From contig UYFQ01000794.1 of NCBI GenBank assembly GCA_900617105.1, positions 1-34,548 of the forward strand: a stretch of 34,548 bases of DNA, written 5' to 3'. This stretch comes from Hydrurus foetidus (Eukaryota). Numbering within the stretch: the first letter of the stretch is position 1; the number at the start of each line of letters is the position of its first letter. Below are positions 11,927 to 23,970 of the stretch, in pieces. A program made the position numbers and the translations under genes. The notes beneath the pieces were generated by a model. It did no database searches and was not told where the DNA came from. It was given only the letters and a program-made list of their open reading frames with translations.

Positions 11927-12137
11927 TGTGGTCCGAGAGGGGATGGAAGAAGAGTAGATTTGGCAAGAAAGGATCTCTTTGAGTTACAACAGGGGGAAGC
12001 TGTCTATGGGATAAACAACTGAAAAGTTGCACTGAAAGGTTAGTGATGTCAGGATTGACATCTCAAACTACCATACATCTACAAGCACGTATGTACCGTC
12101 AGAGGGTCCGGGGTCCGGAGACCCCGGAACCACTACA
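11927..12137 (-). repeat. 3' LTR of G1 (211 bp, TGTAGTGG...GACCACA)
   Basis: Preceded on minus by the purine tract AAGTAGGGGTAG; the copia gag frame resumes directly after; ends CCACA like the other gypsy LTRs. Confidence 0.8.
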
Positions 12138-12418
12138 CTACCCCTACTTATTTCTTCAAAATCTATGCCCCTAGTCTCTCTACTCTCTTAACATGCCAGT
12201 AAATATAAACAGAAAATATTTACAAAAAGAAAAGGGTTTTACAGCTAGACTAAAAAAAAGAGAGAGCGGCGGGGACAGTTCTTGAATCCAGAAGCAAAGT
12301 GGTACGTCCGTTCTTGTGATGCCACCGGCGTGGGTATGACAGGTTTTTACTGACTAAACCCCCTGAACCCTGAGGGGGAATTTTCAAAAAATTATCACGC
12401 CGGTGCACGTCCTAGGCC

Positions 12419-15400
12419 TTAGTCCTCCGCTGTGACCGTCTTGGGGATGAAGCGACTTAGGTTGACCGTCTTGAGGTAGGCGTGCAGGGCGTCAGTGAGC
12501 CGAACTCCAGACTATGGCTCCCACGTGTTGTGTGTGTCGTCGTAGTTGAGCCACTTGATATGGAACCAAAGGGATGAAACGCGCAGTGGGTCGCCTCAGT
12601 GAGCGAGGACCGTCTCGATGAAATACTCCATGTAGTCTCTGCGTGCTATGTCGAGGGGCTCCACCCGGTTGGGATCGAAGATGAACTGCCGCAGCTTGCT
12701 TGCGTGGATCTTCTTCATTTTCTTTGAGACCAGGTGCCTTAGAGTGTACTCCGAGTCCGTGTGGGAAATGACTTCCAGGGGGCCCTGCAACTTGGTGTGC
12801 AGCCGAGTGGGCGGTCCTGTGTCGTAGTGGGCGAGGACAAACGAACCGTCAGGGAACACAGTAATGGGGGGCTGGTTAGCCAGCCTGTCTTCATCTTTCT
12901 TCTTGAGACTCTCCTGGGCAGTCAGGATAATCTGGTTCTGAATCTTGAGGATGTCTGCCATGATCTTGGAGGCAGTCTTGTTTAAAGGGGTGTCCACGTT
13001 GAACGGGAGCAGGATTCCTCTTTTTAGGTTCAACCGGCCTCCGAACAGTATGTGGGCAGGTGCAGCACCGGTGGCTTTGTGCAGTGAGCAGTTGATGATG
13101 CGCTGCACAAAAGGGAGACAGAGCTTATACTGCTCGATGTCAATCGTGTCGAAGGTGAACGCGCGGAGGTGCCTGTTGATCTCCTTGTTTATCCTCTCCA
13201 CAATCGAGTTCTCCTCCTTCGAATACGCCAGCGTCTGGTTGTGACCGGTGCCGACCGCAGCGAGTCGTCCAAGAACGTGTGACAAGAACGTGTGAGTCGT
13301 CCGGGAAGGGTCCGATGAAGTCCATGTTGATGGTGTCGAACGGGTTGTACGTCGAAGAGGCGAAGTGGTGGAGCTGGATGGGAATGCGGACCGCGCTCAT
13401 CTTCTGGCAGCAAGGGCAGTGCCGAATGAAGCTGCGGACATGACTCCGCATGAACGGCCACGAGTGACCTAGCGAGGCGAGCTTGTCCAACGTCCTAGCG
13501 TTGCCTCCGTGTCCAATCATGCCGTTGTGGCATTGCTCTATCCACTCCAAATTTTCGTCAGTCGCTGACGGGCACACCTCGAGGGCCGCCATCAGGCGGA
13601 CTGGTCCATCCATCACCACCGGAGTGTTGTCAACCGCCAGCTCAATGAGGTTGGGGCACAGCCTGGATAATGAGTCCGCCATCTCATTGTCTTTGCCTGG
13701 AACGATCTTCACTTCGAAGTCCAGCTCTTGAAGCGCAATGAACCACCGAGATACCATGGAACTTGGACTTTGCTTCATGAACGTGATGTTCTGGTGATCC
13801 GTGTGTATCGTGAACTTGCGGTCTCTGATCAGCGAGTCAAACTGTTGGCAACAGTGAAAGATGGCGTATGCCTCCTTCTGCATTGTGGACCAGTTGATCT
13901 GGGTCGAGGAGAGAGATTTGCTGACAAAGGCGATGGGTCGCCACACCTGACCCACAACTTGGTAAAGAACTCCACCGATGCCGTAGTCGGACGCATCCGT
14001 GTACAACCGGATAGGCGAGTCGTCGTCCAGGAAGTACATTAGGGGGCATCTTGAAATCGCCAGCTTGATCGCATGGAAAGCCTCCACTCCTGCCGGCGTC
14101 CATATGGGGGCTTCCTTCTTTCTGGCTTTGTGGTCAATCATGTTTTGTAGGGGCCTAACTATGTCGGAGTGATTTGGTACAAATCCCCGAAAGTAGTTCG
14201 CCAGTCCGAGCAGGGAGCGCAGTGCGGTCATAGTCTTGGGTCTTGGAAAATTGAGGACATTCTCTATCTTGGGTGCCGACATGGATAGGCCATCTTTAGA
14301 TACCACTCTCCCTACGTACTCGATACTTGCCATTCTGAAACGGCACTTCTTGGCCTTGAGTAAGAGTCCACGGTCTTTGAAGCGCTGGAGGACCTCCCGC
14401 AGTCTCTCCACGAACTGGTCTTCATTGGAGGCGTAGACGATGCAATCATCCAGGTACATCTCACACGAGACATATAGGAGACCTTGTAATACCTTCGAGA
14501 CCATCTGCTCCTGGAAGTACGAGGGCGCCCGCTTGGGGCCGAAAGGTAGTTGGGTGAAGTGGTATATACCAGCAAAGCAGAGGAACGCGGTGTAGATCCG
14601 ATGATCAGGGTGGATGGGTGCCTGATGGTAACCGCTGGTGAGGTCCATCACTCCAAAAATCTCGGGCTTGCAGTTACCGATGCGCTCGAAGAGTCCCTTG
14701 ATGTTCGGCAAGGGCCAACTGGCGGGCTCGATGCACGCGTTAAGGCCTCTGAAATCCATGCACACCCTAACCTTATCCGGAGTCTGCTGTACCACCACGG
14801 GGTGACTGTAGTATGACGCGGTGGATTTCTCCACGATCCCTTTCTTGATCATCTCGTTTATCGACTTGTGTAGCTCCAGCTCCTTTTTTGGTGTAGTGTG
14901 ACGTAAGGGTCCGCGGTTCTTGCTGGTCTCCCATTCGGACTTCTTTACATCGAACGTGAAGGGGTCTATGTCAGCCGGTTCCGCTGCCAGCTCGTCGCTG
15001 AAGATTCCGGGGAACTCAGAGCATACCGCCTTGCATTTAGCTTGGAGGCTAGCAGTACCCTCGAAACCAATCTGCTTTATATATGCAAATTTGTCTTTGG
15101 GTCCTGGGTCCGTCGCCATGTCGTCCAAGAGGAACGGGCCAAACGCGTCTGTTTTCTCACTATCAATCTCGTCATTAGAGATACTGATACCACTGGGCTT
15201 ATCGCAGACAGTGTCGAGAGCAGGGCCTTCGATAACCAAAGGTGGAGCCGGAGGGGTGTGATTAAGGTCGACAACAGGACGCGGTGTATCATCCTTCCGC
15301 GTGACTAAAGTCGCAATGACGCTGGCTAAAAGTCTGCGACTTCCGGGTTGCCTTTGACTAGTGTCCGGAACTGGAGTCGGATGAGCGCATAACGTAGGAA

Positions 15401-16370
15401 CATTGGTCTCAGGCGGTGGGGCGGCCTGGATCACTTGGGGTGCCCCTACTTGAGCCGGAGCTGTAAGGGGACCTGTCCCCAAAGGGATTGCCTGTGGGCC
15501 ATAGCTTGCTAGCTTTTCCTCCGCCTTCTTTTTGTTCTTTGCTGCTTTCCTCTTCTGAGACGCAGCGCGTTTCTCATACGTTAGTTTATTGTCTGGTGCC
15601 GGCGAAGCTCGCAGGTCTTCTGGAGTTGTCTCAATGAGAATCGTGTCCTTAGTCTTCTTGTCAGCTGCAGTTTTGCGGTCGTAAGCCTTGGACGGGCCTG
15701 ACTTCGCGCCAGCAGGGACAGGGGACGGTTTCAGAAGTAGGCCATAGGTGGGTGGAGTAGACTCGGTCGGGAAACCCAAGGCAGTTGGTGTGAGAATGTT
15801 GAACTTATATTTATTAAGGGAAAGACGTCCTATGATCAGGTCTACGGCGGAGTCAGGGTTGACTCTGGCCTGGAGGTACACCGTGTGGATCTTGTTGTCT
15901 TTATAAAGAAAAGTTACGCCTATGTCGACTACTGCAGTGCTAACAAAACAGTCGCTGTTGAGACCCGAGCACACAGTAATAGGCTCGTCAGACTTATACA
16001 TATGTGCCGAAGCACCTAGGCGAATCATGAAAGCTTCAGAAATAAAATATCCGGCCACGGCTCCGGTATCCAAAAACGCTAGAGCCTTGACCTCTCTGGT
16101 TTGCACCACTGAGGGATCCGAGCACCCTTTAGGCTGTGAAGCGGAAACAGTAACAGAGAGACAGTCTTTAGCAGTTAGAAAATGATCGACATTATCCACG
16201 TACAGTGGCATGACAGGTGGCATCTCGAACGATGAGGGTGGGGCAAGCATCTCTTTCGTCGACACCGGCCTGTTAAGTCGAGGAGCAATGGTGGTAAGAA
16301 CAGTAGTCATCATAGTGTACTTACTTCTCTCTGGGGAGCGGTCACGTGCTACGGAGCGCTCACGTGGCTT
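12419..16370 (-). pseudogene. pol: G1 pol: protease, RT, RNase H, integrase (core deleted near 13280), chromodomain with stops
   Basis: FLDTGA, MDFRGLN, YLDD, TDASDYGIG, H-x5-H...CPCC, MDFIGP, FHIKWLNYDDTHNTWEP. Confidence 0.95.
16134..16324 (-). other. Predicted 191-nt gag/protease intron of G1
   Basis: GTAAGT...TTCTAAC...TTCACAG. Splicing gives AGA ACC TAA. Confidence 0.7.
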
Positions 16371-16586
16371 TGTGGCCTCACTAGGATCTAGGCACTGGAA
16401 GCGGAACGGCTGGGAGCGGGAGCAAGGGAAAGGGGGCTACGGGAGCTATTGCTGTGAAAAAATGTGGTTAGCTTACAGATAAACACAGCAGGTATCATGG
16501 CAATGAATCGGGTGGATCGGATCGTCCTCGATTCGATCCGAACGTACGCCTGTACCTGTACAGCCCGTACGGGTGTGCGGGTCACA
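16371..16586 (-). repeat. 3' LTR of G2 (216 bp, TGTGACCC...AGGCCACA)
   Basis: Homologous to, and the same length as, 30369-30584 (shared TGTGGTTAGCTTACAGATAAACACAG); adjacent PPT at 16587-16602. Confidence 0.88.
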
Positions 16587-16794
16587 GTGCCCCTCTCTCT
16601 CTAAAGGGGTGTACTAATGAACAAAATTCATCATCAAAATACTAACTATGAATAACTAACTAACTAATTGAATAACTATTTCAGACTAAGAACTGAAAGT
16701 TCCTTACTGAATAAACCTCCTTAAAATCCCTGAGGATCCAATTTAGGAGGAATCTTTATGATTTAGTTAATCAATTTTTATTTTATTTTACCGG

Positions 16795-19700
16795 TTAACG
16801 GTAGTTTGCGATGAATTCGCGTGGTATTAAGTGTTTGAGGTTCTTTTTGATTAAGAACTCATGTACTTTTTGCGCTTTACGCATGTGTGTCCACGGTTCC
16901 CATGTATTGTGTTCATGGGTGTAGTTGAGCCATTTCACATGAAATGTGAGTGATTTGTATGCTCTTATGTTTCCTTTCATTTCTAGGATTTCCTCTATGA
17001 AGAATTCCAGATAATCTCTACGAGCAATGTCAGTTGGATCGACATGCGTAGGATCAAAGTGAAACGGTTTTAGTTGGGTCATGTGGTACAACTTTTCTTT
17101 GTGTGTTACCAGATCGAGTAATGTATACTCTGCGAAGTTATGGCTGACAACTCGCATTGGGCCGCGCCACAGTGTGTGCATGCGCGTTTCTGGTGATGTT
17201 CTTTGTTGGACAAGTACAAATGTGTCGACTCCGAACTGTGTGACGTTGGGAGGTTGTTGTGCATTGTGCAAGTCGTCGGATTCTTTGAGTAGACGTGCGG
17301 TGATTTCGATGAGTTCATCTTGCAACGTTAACATTTTATCAGTTGACCGTGTGAGTGAGTCGAAATCTAAATCAATTTCATCTCTCGGAAGGAGGATGTT
17401 TGCGTCGAGGTCGATCGCGTTGCCGTAGATGAGTTGTGCTGGAGACACTTTCATCCGGTCATTTACGGTTGAATTTAGTATTCTTTGTACAAACGGTAAT
17501 ATTTCCGCGTAGTTTTCCGTAGTTGCCCGTTCGTATGCGTACGCGGTTATATGGCGATTGATTTCTTTGTTGATTCGCTCGACGATAGCGTTTTCTTCTG
17601 AACAGTATGGTAATATTTTGTTGTGTGTTGTTCCAACAATTTTCACAAACTCATCTATGATGTGGCTTGCGAAGTGGGGTCCATTATCTGATCGAAGTAT
17701 ACACGGTGAGCCGTATCGCCCCACGTGTTCTACAAGTGCTGTGCACGCTGATTTGGCTGTTGCATCAGGTGTTGCGTAGAGTTCGACAAACCTTGAGAAG
17801 GTGTCGATCATAACAAGGATATATCCTTTATCGGGAAATGGACCAATGAAGTCTATGTTGAGGCATTCCATTGGTTTGTAGGTTGAGGTTGTGTACCGGT
17901 ATGCGTTGATGGGATATTTCATCGCCGACATCTTTTGGCAACAAGGACAATTTTTAATGAATGTTTTTACTGCGTCACGCATTCCCAGCCATATGTTATT
18001 TGTTTTTTTAAATTACGCAGTGTGCGTTGTACACCACCATGTCCGACTATCGTGTTGTGGCACGTTGCAATTAGGTTATATTGCTCGGTCGTCATTGGTT
18101 TGTGTGTCAGAATTGCTGCTATTATTCCTGTTTTAGGTGGCATTCTGTTTTTACATAGGCGAGACATTGCGTCAGCAATTTCATTTTGTTTTCCCGGGAT
18201 GTACCCTATCGTATATTCTAGTTCCTGCAGGGCCATACGCCATCTGCCGACCATCTCGTTTTTATCCTTTTCTAGGAACGTAAGATTTTTGTGGTCTGTT
18301 AGGATTGTGAATTTACGGTCTCGTAGCAGTGCGTCAAGATAAGTACAGCAATAGTATAGCGCGAAGGCTTCTTTTTGTATTACTGACCATTTCAGTTGAG
18401 TCTTGGTAAGAGACTTGCTTACGAGAGCGACGAGTTGTTTTTCTCCGTCGACTTCTTGATACAAATAGCCGCCGATCCCGTAATCTGACGCATCGGTCAT
18501 GAGGGTAATGGGCGCTGTATCGTGTATGAAATATAATAAAGGACTCTTTGCAATTAGATCTTTTATCTTTTGAAAAGAATTTGCGGCGTCATCTGTCCAG
18601 ATTAGCATTGATTGCTTTTTCGCGGCGTGATCTATAATTTTGTGCAGTGGTGCTACCACGTTGGAGTGATTTGGTACATGGTCCCGAAAATAATTGGTGA
18701 GTCCGAGGAACGATCTTAGTTCAGTCGTCTTTCGTGGCATAGGAAAGTCGGTCACACCTCTTATCTTTTTGGAACTCATAGTTATACCTTCTTTAGATAT
18801 TTGTCTACCGACATATTCAACTATTCGCACATTTAGCTTTAGCTTTGCGGCTTTTAGTGAAATGTTTTTGTTTTCTAGGCGTTGAAAAAGGATTTCTAAT
18901 CGCTCGCAGAATTGATCAAATCCATTACCATAAACGATGATGTCGTCGAGGTATACTTCACAGATTTGGTATATTAGTCCTAAAAGGACTATTGAGGCCA
19001 TCATTTCTTGGAAATATGAGGGGGCTCTTTTGGGTCCGAAAGGTAGTCGGGTAAAGTGGTAGATGCCCATAAATGTTATGAAAGCTGTATACACACGTGT
19101 ACTTAGAGTTAACGGTGCTTGGTGATATCCTGCTGTGAGGTCTATTACACCGAATGTGTCTGCTTTTTGTGATCCTAATCTTGCTAACATTTGTTTAATA
19201 TTAGGGATTGGCCAGCTTGCTGATTCCGTTGCGTCGTTGAGGTGACGATAGTCAATACAGAATCGGTATGAACCGTCTGGCTTTGCCGCGAGTGTTACTT
19301 GCGAATAGTATGATGCCTCTGATTTAACTATTATACCCTGTTCAAGCATAGTTTCAACTTGTTTTCGGATTTCGACTTGTTTTCGTGTAGACGTTGGTCG
19401 TGGTGCTACGCGGTTTTTGAAAACTTTCCACTCTGGATCCCGTACGGGTAGTCCAAAGGGGGAATTCGCGCGGGCTCTGGTCCGAGTTTGTTGTTGAATA
19501 GCTTTATGTGTTTGACACAAATTGCTCTAATTTTTGCTTGTTGTTCAGGGGTACCATCGATTTGTATGAGATCGATGAGGTACATTTTGTCCTCTGTTGG
19601 ATTGTCTTGGAAAGGAGCGAAGGTATCCTTCGACTTGTAGTCAATCTCTTCGGGTCCGAAGGGTTGAACCTCTGGGAGTTCTTCACGCTCCCGGAGTAGA

Positions 19701-22519
19701 GCAGCAACTAAACCACGTGTTTGGGCTGGTGCCTTGGATGAGGGAGTAGGAGTAGCTAATTCCGGACTCCTGTCGGTTGTTACACCTAAATCATTTTGTC
19801 GGGGAGGTGACAACAAAACTGCTGCCTCGACCGTAGAGTGCAAAATGAACTCATCGGAATCTAGCCTAGCCGCTGCCGCAGCTAAGCTAGTGGGACACCC
19901 ACATGAAGGAGTGCATGTCTTGCTTGTACAAGCACCTCGAGCCACCAGGTCGTCTTGCCATCGACTGTTTGTGTCTGAGGGTTTTATCCCCTCTCGGCTA
20001 GTTGTAACCGGAGGTAAGGTTGGATCTGCAATACTTGTAACCGTGTCCAACTCTGCTTCTAGCATGAGTGGAACGTCCACGTGGTTTAATACCATGTTTG
20101 TGGATTGATTCAGTTTTTGCATTGAGTGAATTTTTTCATTTTCGATATTTCCGGAGATTGGAAGAATTCCGGAATAATTTTAACCAAATTTAGTTTTCTT
20201 ATTGTCTCCAATCCTAAGATTAAGTCGACTTTAGAATCTTCTGCAATTCGCACCGGAAGAGAAAAAGTGTATTTTAAATTGTTTTTGTTAAATGATACAA
20301 CAATATCAAGCACAGCAGTGGATTCAATACATTGATTGTTTAGACCCGAACACATCCATATGGGAGAGTCGGTGGTGCGGAGTTGGGGTTCACCACGTAG
20401 GCCCCGAAGGACTCTACGATTGATTACGTCCCCAACCTGACATCCGGTGTCGATTTGGGCTAAGGCGGCCATGCCGTTATTTTGGTCCATAGCTGGATGA
20501 GGATTTGGGTGGGGACCGGTCTCGATCGCGGCGATCTTTGTCTTTGTCCTTTTCCGCTTGGCGCGAGTCGTCTTTGCGGTTGGAATCGCGGTCGCGACTG
20601 TCAACGCGGTCGCCAAAGCGGTAGCCGGGGATGGGGTCTGAGGAAGATGTATTTTTACTTGTAAGTAATCATTAATCTCGTTAGGTATGATTGTTGATAA
20701 AATCATTTGCATGTTTGGCAAAATACGATTTTCCGAGATATTTTCCGCATACGGAATTTTGGACTCACGTTTTCCTTTGTACCCGCGGTCTTTGATGTCG
20801 CGAGTATCGTGATTTTCGTTGCGATCGGTGTCGCGATTGTCTTTGCGGTCGTTGTCGCGACTGTCTTTGCGGTCGTTGTCGCGGTTGGACCGGTCGTTGT
20901 TACGGTTGTTGTTGTTGTGGTTCGCTTTCTTGTTGTTGTTCTTGTTATTGTTGTTGTTGGTTTTGCGAGGATCTTCTTTTGCGGCGGGACCCATGTCATT
21001 TTCGACGTCGTCTGTTGGGTAGACATATGTTGCCGCGCCAGGATTGTTGGTGGTTCTGGTCATTTCGCCATTGAGGAGGACTTTTGGAACGAATTGGTCG
21101 TGGCCAATGCGCCTGAACTCTGTGGCCATCGATGATTGACTCCACGTGCAGCACGTGTTGTTGCAATGAGGGTTCATAAAATTGCGACAATCGTAGCGGT
21201 TGTGGCCGGCGCGACCGCAGGTGTGGCAAGTATCGACTGTTTTGCTCAACCCTGGGTAGGCGTCGGATTCGCGTTTGGGTATCGTGCGGTATGAGGCGGA
21301 GAGCTGCGTGACGTTGCTGGACGACAATGTGTCAGGAGTGATTTTGGTCTCGAAGTCGTGACGAAGACCACCCATGTTGGACGCGTTGATAACTCTTTGT
21401 CGAGCTTCACTGAGGCAGAGATTCATTCGGCACAACATGTCCGGGATGGAATCCTTCTTGTTGTTTCTTGTTTTGTCCTTTGTAGTTTTCATGAAATTTT
21501 CAGTGAACTTATTATCAAGAGGGAGCTTTTTGTAGATGATCTTACAGATCTCATGTTGGCGGTCTGCAGGGATATTGTCGTAACTTCCGTAGTATCCGAA
21601 GAGGATGTCTCGGAGTCGTGCAATTGCCGCCAACTCTGCGTTTGGGTTTTGCCATTTGATCTTCATTTGCCAGTTTTCAGGGCAAGGTCCAAGTCATAGG
21701 TAGACTCTGTGGCGCGATCACTGAAGAAGAGTTTCTTGAGATCGGTTGCCATGTCGCGAATGGACAGGAGTTTGTCGTCGATGATAGGCCAGGTTTGACA
21801 CATTTTGATTGTGTATCCGAGAGTCTTTCGATTTGGAAGCAGACTGTCTCGGATCACATGGAAAGCTTCGTCTTCAATTAGATCTTCCCAAGGCACATTA
21901 AACTGAGGGTGGTGAGCCTGTGTATAGAACTTTCGGGCTGTGCCGTCCATGTCCTTTAGTAATGTCTCACGTGTTACATAGAACACTTCCTTCATGTTGA
22001 TGAGGGAGGTTGTGAGTGCTTGGGGTGTTCTTTGTTGTTCGAAGGTTGTGTCTGCCTCTTCGGTTTTGCGCTTGCGGTTTGAAGTGGCAGCCGCTTTCGT
22101 GGAAGCTGTCGCTGGCTTCTTTGCAGTTGCTACCGTTGCTTTCGACGTTTTGGATCTGGTGGCACGCGTGGGTTTGTCTTCAGATTGAACGGCAGAGAGT
22201 GGTTTTGCCTCCCTTGTTTTGGCAAGGGCTTTGATTGGCATAGCCTTTTACTTTTTCGGTTTTGGTGACGGTGGGATTGACGCTTCCGACTCACTTTGAT
22301 CTTCCTCGTCCGATTTGGACTTGGTATCGTCGGGGTTGTTGTCTTCCTCTTCGTCCTCGTCATTGGTTTGTTCGTCTTCCGCCTCTTCCGAGGCGTTGTC
22401 AGACACCGAGACGTTATCATCGTCGGAGAGAATTTCCTTCGGAGATGTTTTGGTACCGATTTTGTCGTCGCCCTCTTCCGTTTGCTGACGATGAGGAGTG
22501 TAATGCTGAAGCTCCCGAC
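16795..22519 (-). pseudogene. gag-pol: G2 gag-pol with frameshifts (~21665, ~20115, ~19450, ~17975) and a stop (~22248); integrase-chromodomain part 16795-17982 is open
   Basis: CHTCGRAGHNRYDC, QIDTG, IDYRHLN, YLDD, TDASDYGIG, IDFIGP/RSDNG/IVERIN, FHVKWLNYTHEHNTWEP. Confidence 0.95.
20638..20768 (-). other. Predicted 131-nt gag/protease intron of G2
   Basis: GTGAGT...CCTAAC...CTTCCTCAG. Splicing opens a 53-codon RD-rich tail ending at TAA 20477. Confidence 0.8.
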
Positions 22520-22727
22520 TGTGATAGTACCGGGTCCAGGGTCCCGATCCTACCGGGTACCGACTCTACCGGATCCTACCGGGTACTACTACTGTACACT
22601 ACAGTTAGGCTGTCGTATCGTCGTAGCCATCTACAGCGTCCACGTAGAAGTTAAGTAGCTTCTAGCCTAGATACCTGTAACTAAGCCTACTTCCTCTCGC
22701 CCCCCTTTCTCCATTTGCCCGACCACA
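22520..22727 (+). repeat. 5' LTR of G3 (208 bp, TGTGATAG...GACCACA)
   Basis: The G2 gag frame runs up to 22519; TG...CA termini; size and 3' end resemble the G1 LTR. Confidence 0.8.
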
Positions 22728-23279
22728 ATAGCGCTATTATCCTCGGGAAAATTTCTGCTGCCTCTAATTCCCCTCTACTCGTCCCAACTTTAGTTACGAC
22801 TTCCAACACCTGAGTATTATTACTCACAACATCTTCGGAGTCGAAATTCTTGCTGAGCTACGCTCCAAGAACTTAGTTTTAAGTTAGCGAAAGTTGGGTT
22901 TAGCCTCTTTCCTCTTGGAACCCATTATTGGTGTCTTCAAAGTTCGTAGTTGGTTGAATTCGCGAAAGCCTTCACCACTCGACAATTTGAACATTGGATT
23001 CATTGCTAACGACACCAAATTAGTCTAAGGACTTCTTTTGGCTGGTGGGAATTACTTCCTTCATCCTTTACGGACACCAAAAATTTTCTCCACTCAAAAA
23101 TTGGCTTTCACGCCTAAGAGATTTTATCAACAAGAGTTGGTTGAAATCGACTTATTCGCTGTTACTTGCGTAAAGTATCCTCAAAGCTAACAAGGCGAAG
23201 CTCTGGCAAAAAATTTGACACAGAGATCCCTTCGTTGCTTAGACTTTGATAGATTTATAACGTCTTAAAGTCATATACC

Positions 23280-23970
23280 ATGGCAGATGACGACGAAGCA
23301 TCTTACCCTCGTTACGACGATGAAGGTAAACTCCTCGAACATCCTCCAGTTGATGAAACTGAGGAAGAGGAAGTGCTAGAAGAGGACGGGGGTATTTTAA
23401 ATGCCACCCAAACCTCACAGTCTTCAGTGGCGCAAACTATCCTGTTTCCACAGACTATGCAGATGCAGCGAGAGATATTCGTCCTAAAAGGCGATTACAT
23501 CACTCCGCAAGACGCTGAGAGCTTCTTCGAACAAGCCCAACGGCTGCCTCGCTTACGCATTAATGAATGCATGCAACGTCAGGCAATTGACTTGCTACAT
23601 GTCAAAATTATGACAGACACCGCTCCTTCGTCTCTGACACTAGAACAGAAGTTCGAATGGCAGAATATACTTGACATTGATTATGTTGCGAAACTAATCA
23701 TGCAGTATTTTGGCTCGAATAAACAACGAGACCATGCCGATCATACCCTCGCGGAACTTTTCGCTAAGGTACCATTTCATTACTCACTAAATTCCGATGA
23801 GGAAGAGTTGAGCACGTACATGGCGTACAAAGAATTGGTAACCAATTATGAGCGCACCCGCCGTATCACTCACAACCAACAGACGGAGTTGGTAACGATT
23901 TTGGAGAGACGACTTGCTCGTGGCAGTCGTATCCAATCAGACTACTTTGAGTCTAAGAGGGTTGACAATG
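23280..23970 (+). pseudogene. gag: G3 gag, N-terminal part
   Basis: ORF downstream of the LTR and leader; acidic N-terminus then a helical region like the G2/G4 gags; ends at the junction with the G4 integrase (end approximate). Confidence 0.7.

Larger units (their letters stand above)
11927..16370 (-). mobile_element. G1: Ty3/gypsy chromovirus (gag end, pol, 3' LTR) inserted in the Copia-B gag and cut by G2
   Basis: PR-RT-RH-IN-chromodomain order, PPT and LTR. Confidence 0.93.
16371..22519 (-). mobile_element. G2: Ty3/gypsy chromovirus inserted at the end of the G1 gag; 5' end cut by G3
   Basis: gag-PR-RT-RH-IN-chromodomain, PPT AGAGAGAGAGGGG, 3' LTR. Confidence 0.95.

Noticed and set aside
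11927..12032. Start of the 641-aa copia ORF at 12032 (likewise the ORF start at 30502 and ORF ends at 7538, 23942 and 33920)
   Set aside because: These ORF ends run through inserted elements and are chimeric.
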